DNA from: Macrostomum lignano
Lineage: Eukaryota
Direction of reading: 5' to 3'
NCBI GenBank assembly: GCA_002269645.1
Contig: NIVC01002301.1
Coordinates: forward strand, 1 to 64,000
Length of the DNA: 64,000 bases
Below are positions 55,838 to 63,306 of this stretch, one piece after another. The position numbers and the translations under genes are program-made. Each line of letters starts with the position of its first letter. The stretch's first letter is position 1. The notes beneath the pieces were generated by a model. It saw only the letters and a program-made list of their open reading frames with translations, did no database searches and was not told the origin of the DNA.

Positions 55838-56053
55838 GTGAGGCTCACTGGCAGATGGAGCTTGAGGGTGGGGCTACTAGTGAGGCTCACTGGCAGATGG
55901 GGCTTAAGGGGGGGGGCTACTAGTGAGGCTCACTGGCAGATGGGGCTCAGGGGGGGGGGCTACTAGTGAGGCTCACTGGCAGATGGGGCTCAGGGGGGGG
56001 GGCTACTAGTGAGGCTCACTGGCAGATGGGGCTCAGGGGGGGCTACTAGTGAG
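55830..56053. repeat. ~40-bp minisatellite that includes the splice donor of the last visible PKD1-like exon
   Basis: Unit GGCTACTAGTGAGGCTCACTGGCAGATGGGGCTCAGGGGGGG; the last copy is cut at ACTAGTGAG by the Polinton. Confidence 0.9.
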
Positions 56054-56130
56054 AGTAGTAGGGCGAATTATGATACTGCCGCACTAGCACTGGCGAGATA
56101 GGCGGCAATGCAAATGTATAGGGAAAAATA

Positions 56131-56572
56131 CACTGCGGAGATATGAGCCCTATCTCTGTGCATTGGGGACGGCTAAGCACTGCAGAGATATGAGCTCTAT
56201 CTCTGTGCATTGGGGACGGCTAAGCACTGCAGAGATATGAGCTCTATCTCTGTGCATTGGGGACGGCTAAGCACTGCAGAGATATGAGCTCTATCTCTGT
56301 GCATTGGGGACGGCTAAGCACTGCAGAGATATGAGCTCTATCTCTGTGCATTGGGGACGGCTAAGCACTGCAGAGATATGAGCTCTATCTCTGCTTAACA
56401 CTGGAGTGATAGGAGAAGAGGCGGCCTATCTCTTTACACTGGAGATGGTTAACACTGCAGAGATAGGAGGAGAGGCGGCCTATCTCTTTACACTGGAGAT
56501 GGTTAACACTGCAGAGATAGGAGGAGAGGCGGCCTATCTCTTTGCATTGGGGGTGGTTAACACTGCAGAGAT
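56131..56572. repeat. Subterminal hairpin arrays of the Polinton: 47-bp x ~5.6, then 54-bp x ~3.3
   Basis: 47-mer CACTGCAGAGATATGAGCTCTATCTCTGTGCATTGGGGACGGCTAAG (CAGAGATA/TATCTCTG inverted). The 54-mer contains AGAGATAGG...CCTATCTCT. Confidence 0.9.
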
Positions 56573-56615
56573 AAGATGTTAATCTATGTAATTGGAAATA
56601 ATGTTTGCGAAAGAG

Positions 56616-56676
56616 CCAATCACAGAGCCCGGAGTGGGATGAGTGGTTTGGGGTGGTTCGGTCGAGGGTATATAAG
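56616..56676 (+). promoter_or_regulatory. Candidate Pol II promoter (CCAAT plus TATA) for the PC4-like ORF
   Basis: CCAAT at 56616-56620 and TATATAAG at 56669-56676, about 105 bp before the ATG at 56781. Confidence 0.55.
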
Positions 56677-56780
56677 CCCCGAAATTGACAAGAAAGAATT
56701 CTCAATTTTTCAAATCCAAAATTTCATCCGAACTTTTCCTCAGCTTTTAACTTTTGTGAGTTTTCAATTGCGAAAGGAAA

Positions 56781-57554
56781 ATGGACATCTGTGAAGGCTA
56801 TAAGGCACAAGTCCAGGAGTTTGAAGGACAAAAATTTATCGCTATTCGCAAGTTTTACCGACACGGCAGCACGGCAAGTCTGAAGCCAGGCGTCCCAGGA
56901 TTCAACCTGAATGTTCACCAATGGAAGAAATTGAAGGAGGTGAAACGCTCACTTGTGATTTCTGCACGCAACAACGAGCCCAAGGTCGTGAAACTCGGCT
57001 TCGATAAGTTTGTGGAAGTCAAAGGCGGCATCATTTGGCTCAAACGGCTGCCGGAAGATTGCTGCGAGGAGTTTTTGAGACGAAACGCCGTACCACTGAC
57101 TCCGCCGCTGTGGCAGAAGCTCTGGAAAATCGCCTCCTGGATCGACGGTCAGCTGGTGGCTCCCTTGAGGAACTCAATGCAGTACGAGCTGGAGTCTGAT
57201 GAGGAAGAGGAGGAAGAGGACAAGAAGCTCAAGTTGGAGGCTGACCAGGACACGAAGCCCATAATGGAGACTGATGAGGGCGGAGAGCATGCTGATGACG
57301 AGGACGTTAGCTCGCCCACAAGGCCGCGCATTGTGACTGAGCCTATCACATCCACACCGATACCTTTGGTTGATTCTGATGCTGGACTGCTTCCGCAGCG
57401 GGACACCAACCTTGAGGAAGATCCGGTGTGGTATCAGTTCAGGGCGCATGCAGCGGCTTCGACGGTGAGCAGCAGCAGCAGGAAGCGAAAGCTGCCATTT
57501 CAACTTCGTCGGCAGGACGCGATGAGGCTGCCCAATGTTCGCTTTGATAACTGA
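56781..57554 (+). CDS. PC4/Sub1-like ssDNA-binding/coactivator protein, probably two PC4 repeats plus an acidic tail
   Basis: YKAQVQEFEGQKFIAIRKFY...LKPGVPGFNLNVHQWKKLKE matches the PC4 core (VSVREFKGKVLIDIREY...KPGKKGISL..EQW..LKE). A second degenerate copy reads KLGFDKFVEV...AVPLTPPLWQKLW. Confidence 0.8.
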   Translation: MDICEGYKAQVQEFEGQKFIAIRKFYRHGSTASLKPGVPGFNLNVHQWKKLKEVKRSLVISARNNEPKVVKLGFDKFVEVKGGIIWLKRLPEDCCEEFLRRNAVPLTPPLWQKLWKIASWIDGQLVAPLRNSMQYELESDEEEEEEDKKLKLEADQDTKPIMETDEGGEHADDEDVSSPTRPRIVTEPITSTPIPLVDSDAGLLPQRDTNLEEDPVWYQFRAHAAASTVSSSSRKRKLPFQLRRQDAMRLPNVRFDN

Positions 57555-57880
57555 ACAGCTAGAATGCTTTGAATGCATTGGACTAACTAAATTACTTTTA
57601 GCTTGCACATGATTATCCAGCCTATATCTGACGGCACTATGCTGTTTTTTATCTCTGCTATTTCTGAAATGCTGGTGTGCGAGTGTTTTAGTGTTCGTTT
57701 TTATGGATTGTTTGCTTTCGGAAAATACACCGACTGTTACGATGTTAGAGGTTTCAATCTGACAGTAATAAATTAATTTGCCACTCGTTTCTCTATCATT
57801 TAATTGGAATATAAATTTCTACTTAAGAAAAAATACTGTACAGCTAGAGCAGGTGGATAGGCACGTATCTTGATAAACCC

Positions 57881-58951
57881 ATGATGGAGAAAATTTATTT
57901 GAAACCTGAGCAACCGGCTAGTTTTTCTTGTGCCTCAAAGTTGCTGCATGAAGTGAGGCAAAGAGGTGATCGAATATCTGCAAAGAGCATTGAGCAGTGG
58001 CTCAGCGAGCAGCAAGTGCACACTCTGCACAAGCCAGCTAGGAGGCGATATCCAAGGGCCCCAATCATAGTGCGCGCAATCGATGATCAGTGGGAACTTG
58101 ACTTAGTGGAAATGATTCCATTCGCAAAGCATAATAAAGGCTACAAATATATTCTCACATGCATTGACGTGCTCTCAAAATGTGCTTGGGCCAAGGCACT
58201 GAAAAATAAATCTGCTGCAGAAGTGAAGTCAGCATTCGAGAGCATACTGAGAAGTTCAAAGCGCCAGCCACGCACAGTTCGCACAGATCAGGGGAAGGAA
58301 TTTATCAACTCCACTTTCCGTCAATACTGCATTGACAGAGGGATTCTGGCTTTCCCAACTAACAGCGAGCAGAAGGCAGCTGTCATTGAGCGATGGAATC
58401 GAACTCTGAAAAGTAGAATGTGGCGCTACTTCACCTACAAGAGCACACTGCACTGGCTTGATGTGCTGCCTAAGCTGGTAAAATCCTACAACAATACCTA
58501 CCACAGAAGCATCAAAATGGCACCCACTAGTGTCTGCAAAGAGAATGAATCTGAAGTGTGGATGAACCTGTACGATGGAAAAGCAGTCGAGACTCTAGAA
58601 AAATTAAAGGAGCCTAAGTTCGCTGAAAACCAGTCAGTGAGAATTTCCAATGCTCCACGGATATTCAAAAAGGGATACAAAGCGAGCTGGAGTGAGGAAG
58701 TGTACACCGTGGTGAGCAGAGCCCCAAAACATTATCCATACATGTACAAGATTAAAGACATGCGGGGGCAAGAGATTCGAGGACTCTTCCATGAGCACGA
58801 GCTGCAGGCTGTCCCGGACTCACAGCGGCTGTATGTGATTGAGAAGATCCTGAAAACGGAGAAGCGGAAGGGAAAAATTCGCTATCTGGTGAAATGGGCG
58901 GGCTACGACTCGACTGGCTGGGTGGATGAAAAAGACTTAAGAAAGGTTTAG
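57881..58951 (+). CDS. Retroviral-type (c-int) DDE integrase with C-terminal chromodomain
   Basis: WELDLVEM (D), RTDQGKEF (D), VIERWNRTLK (E); chromodomain YVIEKILK...YLVKWAGYD..GWVDEKDL. Confidence 0.95.
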   Translation: MMEKIYLKPEQPASFSCASKLLHEVRQRGDRISAKSIEQWLSEQQVHTLHKPARRRYPRAPIIVRAIDDQWELDLVEMIPFAKHNKGYKYILTCIDVLSKCAWAKALKNKSAAEVKSAFESILRSSKRQPRTVRTDQGKEFINSTFRQYCIDRGILAFPTNSEQKAAVIERWNRTLKSRMWRYFTYKSTLHWLDVLPKLVKSYNNTYHRSIKMAPTSVCKENESEVWMNLYDGKAVETLEKLKEPKFAENQSVRISNAPRIFKKGYKASWSEEVYTVVSRAPKHYPYMYKIKDMRGQEIRGLFHEHELQAVPDSQRLYVIEKILKTEKRKGKIRYLVKWAGYDSTGWVDEKDLRKV

Positions 58952-58988
58952 CTTTGGCACATCCCTCATCTTGAAGTTTATCATTATA

Positions 58989-59798
58989 ATGCGAACTATT
59001 TTGATTAACAGTGAGCATGCTGAAGGTACTCCTTGTGACTTTAATTTTTACCTGCCTTCACCTATTTACTTGGATCGAAATGTGGACTATGAGGCAGGTC
59101 TGGCTGAAATCCATCTGCCTGCTGCATGGTTCAATGTTGACGAGCCTTACTGCTTCACTGTCTCAGATGGAAGAGAGCATGAGGCCCTGGTTCTTCAACC
59201 CGGACGCTTTGCTAGAGTGGAGGAGCTGGTGGAGCGCCTGAATGAGCTGCTGGCCAACTCTGATTCGCTGTTCTTTGATGCAATGAGTGACAGGGAGTCT
59301 GAGATGGAGGCTGATGAGTCCGGCCTGATGGGGCGTAGTGGCAACAGGGAATTCGGTATGAAGTTCGAAATCCACAACTCACGAACTGTGGTGCACAACA
59401 ACACTGCGAGAGCAGAGCTGTTTCTTCCATCTAGTAAAATTCTGCATTGGCTGGGATTTGGAAACCAGGCTGTGAAAATCCAGCCAGGGAGCCGCGTGTC
59501 CGAGCATTGCACTGGCTGCCCGCGCACCAGCTTAATCAATGTGCACTGCAGTATCGTTGAGTCAACTAATTGCAACTGGAGCTCCTTGTTGAGAACAGTT
59601 GGAATGAAAGCCGGCATTGAATGGGGCAACTATCAAACAAAAATATTTAAGAAAACAATATTCTTCCCGATTCAACGAATCAGTCTTCTTCACAGCATTC
59701 GAGTTCAGCTCCGTGACATCTATGGTTGCCCACTGATTGCACAGACTCACAGCCCTGTTCTGCTTACAGTTCAAATTCAGGAGAAACGCATTCAATGA
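58989..59798 (+). CDS. Polinton minor capsid (penton-like) protein
   Basis: N-terminal PCDFNFYLPSPIYL...YEAGLAEIHLP..WFNV and C-terminal INVHCSIVE...SLLRTV...FFPI...SIRVQLRDIYG pattern; located between integrase and major capsid. Confidence 0.75.
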   Translation: MRTILINSEHAEGTPCDFNFYLPSPIYLDRNVDYEAGLAEIHLPAAWFNVDEPYCFTVSDGREHEALVLQPGRFARVEELVERLNELLANSDSLFFDAMSDRESEMEADESGLMGRSGNREFGMKFEIHNSRTVVHNNTARAELFLPSSKILHWLGFGNQAVKIQPGSRVSEHCTGCPRTSLINVHCSIVESTNCNWSSLLRTVGMKAGIEWGNYQTKIFKKTIFFPIQRISLLHSIRVQLRDIYGCPLIAQTHSPVLLTVQIQEKRIQ

Positions 59799-60172
59799 AC
59801 TACCAGCAGCTAATCCAGCAATATTCGGGGGTGAGGACAGGACACGAAAAGCCTGCACTCTATGGCTGTGGGAGCTTCCCAGGGATCATGACATACCAGC
59901 CTCCGCCAGCGGCTATATCATCATCATCAGCCTCGACGCTTAGCAACGTCAGGCGCAAAAGAAATACTGAAGCAAGTCCGAAACGATTGAAGAAAAAGAA
60001 GGGCACCCGAAAGGCAACTGGTGGAAATCGCAGTAAGAGGTCGAGCAAGGCTAGTGGGAAAAAGCTTAAGAATAGGAAGACGAAAGCAAAGAAGAATAGA
60101 GCAGGCGGAGGAAAGCGAAAGCAAAAAGTCAGCAAGAAAACTGTGAAACGCGTGCTCGACTCTCTGTCATAG
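59795..60172 (+). CDS. Small Lys/Arg-rich putative virion core (DNA-condensing) protein
   Basis: ATG overlaps the penton stop (ATGA); very basic C-terminal two-thirds; stop 2 bp before the major capsid ATG. Confidence 0.6.
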   Translation: MNYQQLIQQYSGVRTGHEKPALYGCGSFPGIMTYQPPPAAISSSSASTLSNVRRKRNTEASPKRLKKKKGTRKATGGNRSKRSSKASGKKLKNRKTKAKKNRAGGGKRKQKVSKKTVKRVLDSLS

Positions 60173-60174
60173 AC

Positions 60175-61458
60175 ATGGCTTACGGATTCAATCCCAGACT
60201 TGATTTATTTAAGACGCCCGTTCTACAAACCTGCATTGAAAAAGCTACTTATGTTGATATTCACCCAGTTAATTCCATTGTTGCAAACTCTCCCATTGAA
60301 TTTGACTGCCACCAATCTGCCGATGAATACACAGATCTGCTGAATTCTTTTCTTTATATTCGCTGCCGCCTTGTGAGACTGGATGGGGGTTTGCTGAGGG
60401 AGGATGTTCGAGATGGAGATGGCATCATCACCGAGCGCAGAGACAGTGACGTGCACCCAGAAAATTTTGTTCTGTCTACAGCCTTCTCAGATGTAATTGT
60501 GAGCATTAACCAGCGAGTGGTGTCTGGTGGAGACCAGCTCTATCCCTACCATGCGTACTTCAAAGCACTAATGAGCTCATCCGATGCCCAGCAACTAAAA
60601 CTTTACCCTGCTGGCTTCCTGGAGCCGAACTCGGCAGCTGAAGAGCACACGGAGAGCCACAGGGAATCCCAATGGATGGAGTATGCGGGGCCGCTCTTCA
60701 GCGATGTTTTCCAGTGCCCAGTGTTTCTGCTAAGCAATCTGCACCTGCACATCAAACTGGTCCCCAGCGATGGGGCCTTTGCCATCAGAACCCCGAATGC
60801 AAACAACGCGGCATACCGAATGGAAATCTCTCACAGCATTCTGCATCTTCGCCGAGTCAAAGTGATGCCCCACATCAGCCTGGCCCATGAGCAGGGGCTG
60901 ACAAACCAAAATGCACTGTATCCCATCGAGCGAACTGAAATGCAGAACTTCATCCTACCCCAGGGTATTCAGTCAAAAAACATTGAAGGATTCACTCATG
61001 GAAAATTGCCGAAGTTTATCATGCTGGCCTTCGTGAGCCACCGAGCATTCAACGGTCATCATCACGCGAGCCCGTTACAGTTCCAGAGCTTCAACCTTAG
61101 CCGATTGGCTCTAAAGAAAGGTGGGGAAACCGTGTGCCACGGCGCCTTCACACCTGAAAACAATTCCTTTGTAAGAGAATACTTGCACTACCTGAAAAGC
61201 TGTCAATCTGCAAGCCACACAAACTCGGTTCCGTGGATCCCCTACCAGCTCTTCTCCAACAACAGCACGGTGTTTGCATTCGATCTCACACCCGAGGGAG
61301 CGGCTCTGTGGTACGGACAGAAGAAGGGCAACCTGCGGCTGGAGATTCGCTTCCAACAGGCTCTGAATGAAGCGGTGTCCCTGATTGCTATGTGCCTGTA
61401 TGACTCGCTGATTGAGGTCACCAAGCACCGAGAGCTTTTGCTGGACTATTCCTCTTAA
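60175..61458 (+). CDS. Polinton major capsid protein (double jelly-roll)
   Basis: 427 aa. LDLFKTPVLQTCIEKATYVDIHP...PIEF...YTDLLNSFLYIRCRL, YPYHAYF, FSDVFQ...L, LHLRRVK, YPIER, GKLPKFIMLAFV..AFNG and FAFDLTP...GNLRLEIRF match the Maverick MCP pattern. Confidence 0.9.
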   Translation: MAYGFNPRLDLFKTPVLQTCIEKATYVDIHPVNSIVANSPIEFDCHQSADEYTDLLNSFLYIRCRLVRLDGGLLREDVRDGDGIITERRDSDVHPENFVLSTAFSDVIVSINQRVVSGGDQLYPYHAYFKALMSSSDAQQLKLYPAGFLEPNSAAEEHTESHRESQWMEYAGPLFSDVFQCPVFLLSNLHLHIKLVPSDGAFAIRTPNANNAAYRMEISHSILHLRRVKVMPHISLAHEQGLTNQNALYPIERTEMQNFILPQGIQSKNIEGFTHGKLPKFIMLAFVSHRAFNGHHHASPLQFQSFNLSRLALKKGGETVCHGAFTPENNSFVREYLHYLKSCQSASHTNSVPWIPYQLFSNNSTVFAFDLTPEGAALWYGQKKGNLRLEIRFQQALNEAVSLIAMCLYDSLIEVTKHRELLLDYSS

Positions 61459-61463
61459 TTGAC

Positions 61464-61976
61464 ATGGATGCAATTCAACTACTTAATCTCGCCAGAAAAT
61501 TTTTGCCTTACCAAAAATTTCTCATAGTTACTTTACATTTGCGCTATAAAAATTCTCTGCCCTTGAATGTAAAAAGAAAATTTAGATCATCAATTTCCTT
61601 TGAAAACAAGTTTGTTTTTGTCCTACTTCAGCACAATGGCTCATTTGGTCACTGGGTGGTGTGCTATGTTGGGCAAGGAAATCGCATTGAGTTGTTCAAC
61701 TCCCTCGGCTGGGAACCTGAAATTTTATCTTTGGTTTATAATTTGTTTCGAGAGATTAAAACAACTGGCTTTTGGCTCCGAAGCAATATAAACAGATTTC
61801 AATGTGCTAACTCTAATAAATGCGGAGTGTTTTGCATCTATTTTGTTTATCAAAAGTTTCTGTTCAATCGGTCATTTGAGGGGATTTTGAAGCATTTGCA
61901 TGCTAATGAAAAAAATCATTTGAATGATAGAATCTTACAGAGGTTTGAAGCCAACTTAAGAAAAAGATGTCCGTGA
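61464..61976 (+). CDS. Adenain-like cysteine maturation protease
   Basis: GHWVVCY (His), ELFNSLG (usually FDS), FQ...CGVFC (Gln oxyanion residue and catalytic Cys). Confidence 0.8.
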   Translation: MDAIQLLNLARKFLPYQKFLIVTLHLRYKNSLPLNVKRKFRSSISFENKFVFVLLQHNGSFGHWVVCYVGQGNRIELFNSLGWEPEILSLVYNLFREIKTTGFWLRSNINRFQCANSNKCGVFCIYFVYQKFLFNRSFEGILKHLHANEKNHLNDRILQRFEANLRKRCP

Positions 61977-62449
61977 TTTCTAATATTTATGCATTAAACA
62001 TGGGAGAAAAGCAAGTTTGCTACGATATCCGCCTCAGGCAGGGAAGCTGCATGATTGTCTGCGGGCCCACCAATGCAGGAAAAACAACCTTTGTCAAACA
62101 CCTGATCCAGTACAGAGACGTCATGTTTGATGTGAAGCCTGGCAGAGTTCTGTGGTACTATGGGATCTCACAGGCAGGCCATGCAGAACTGAGCAGCCTA
62201 GGTGTGCAGCTGCGCCAGGGATTTCCCACCAACATCGAGGCAGCACTTAGGCCCAATGACCTGGTTGTTTTCGATGACTTAATAGAGGAAACTTCAAACT
62301 CTGCTTCAATGCGAAATTTTTTCACAGGAATCGCACATCACTTGCCGTGCTTTTTGGTGATGCTGACTCAGAATATATTTTTCAAGGGAAAAGAGTCGCG
62401 AACAATGAGCTTGAATGTAATAGTTTTAATTCGAACACAAATTGTTTGA
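61967..62449 (+). CDS. A32/FtsK-like genome-packaging ATPase, C-terminally truncated
   Basis: Walker A CGPTNAGKTT, Walker B LVVFDDL, then LTQNIFFKGKESRTMSLN. Similarity stops there and the ORF is only 160 aa. Confidence 0.85.
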   Translation: MSVISNIYALNMGEKQVCYDIRLRQGSCMIVCGPTNAGKTTFVKHLIQYRDVMFDVKPGRVLWYYGISQAGHAELSSLGVQLRQGFPTNIEAALRPNDLVVFDDLIEETSNSASMRNFFTGIAHHLPCFLVMLTQNIFFKGKESRTMSLNVIVLIRTQIV

Positions 62450-62757
62450 TGAGGCAGCAGTTGAGCCGGCACTCTCCGATGCAGCATAGCCACGAAGCGA
62501 CGGGCAGCCCTTTTGGCGTCTGCGTGGGTCTTGGCACCGCAGATGCTCAGTTGCCCAGTAGGGTAGAGTAGGAGAGTCACTCTGGGAATCCGCATCCGCT
62601 TGATGAGCACCCGGGGCCAGACGGGCCGGTAGATCACATGAGCCATGCTGAGAGCCAGTTCCCGTAGAGGCAGCTGAGCGCCCCTGCCACCATCCAGTCT
62701 CAGATCTACTCCGCCAACCAGATTGGTCACTCTTAGGGCTGTAGCTGGTGGGCTCAT
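62368..62757 (-). CDS. TATA-binding-protein (TBP)-like ORF: one complete TBP repeat plus the start of a second, truncated
   Basis: LRVTNLVGGVDL...LRELALSMAHVIYRPVWPRVLIKRMRIPRVTLLLYPTGQLSICGAKTHADAKRAARRFVAML aligns with TBP [74 protein letters not shown]. Confidence 0.82.
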   Translation of the reverse strand: MSPPATALRVTNLVGGVDLRLDGGRGAQLPLRELALSMAHVIYRPVWPRVLIKRMRIPRVTLLLYPTGQLSICGAKTHADAKRAARRFVAMLHRRVPAQLLPHQTICVRIKTITFKLIVRDSFPLKNIF

Positions 62758-63277
62758 TTCGATCGTCAACTTCTTCACCAAATCTGCTTCTGCCAACTTT
62801 ACTGCTCGTGTGCCACGGACACTGCTCGCTTCTTAAGTTGATGCAGAACTTTGGCTTAAGCCAACTGTAGTGCAGCAACGAATTTCTCACTGCACAGCCA
62901 GTATCTGAATCTTCAGTCGAGGGTGCTCCCAAATCTTCTAGGTTATAAACCTGTCTTCCAAGCAGCTCAGTCAGAAAAATCGACTTCCTTTCCCCATTTG
63001 ACCAGATCGGACCACTGGCAATGCTCAGAATGTCTTCCGCCAGTTCCATGTACGGACGGGTTCCATCATTCCACTTAAACTGGTGCAGACTCTTAGATAG
63101 CTGTCTGTAGTAAACTCGCATGTCAGGTGAGACTCTCTCCCATGGATACGGAGGTGCGTACACATGGTGAGCAATGTGGTAGCTCCCCGCTCTGATTTGA
63201 ACAACTGCCAACTCCTTCACAACAAATTTTTTGCTTGTGCTGTTGCACGGGAATCCTTGGAAGTCAATGTAGTTCAT
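62426..63277 (-). CDS. Conserved Maverick hypothetical protein, possibly of DnaQ/DEDD-exonuclease-like fold (N-terminal ~140 aa); the C-terminal part overlaps the TBP-like ORF in another frame
   Basis: IDFQGF...FVVKELAVV...PYPW...LHQFKWNDG...Y...VYNLE...CAVRN is a pattern I recall from Polinton accessory ORFs; the fold assignment is tentative. Confidence 0.55.
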   Translation of the reverse strand: MNYIDFQGFPCNSTSKKFVVKELAVVQIRAGSYHIAHHVYAPPYPWERVSPDMRVYYRQLSKSLHQFKWNDGTRPYMELAEDILSIASGPIWSNGERKSIFLTELLGRQVYNLEDLGAPSTEDSDTGCAVRNSLLHYSWLKPKFCINLRSEQCPWHTSSKVGRSRFGEEVDDRNEPTSYSPKSDQSGWRSRSETGWWQGRSAASTGTGSQHGSCDLPARLAPGAHQADADSQSDSPTLPYWATEHLRCQDPRRRQKGCPSLRGYAASESAGSTAASSNNLCSN

Positions 63278-63306
63278 GATGCAGCTTTCCTTCGAAAATT
63301 TCGGAG

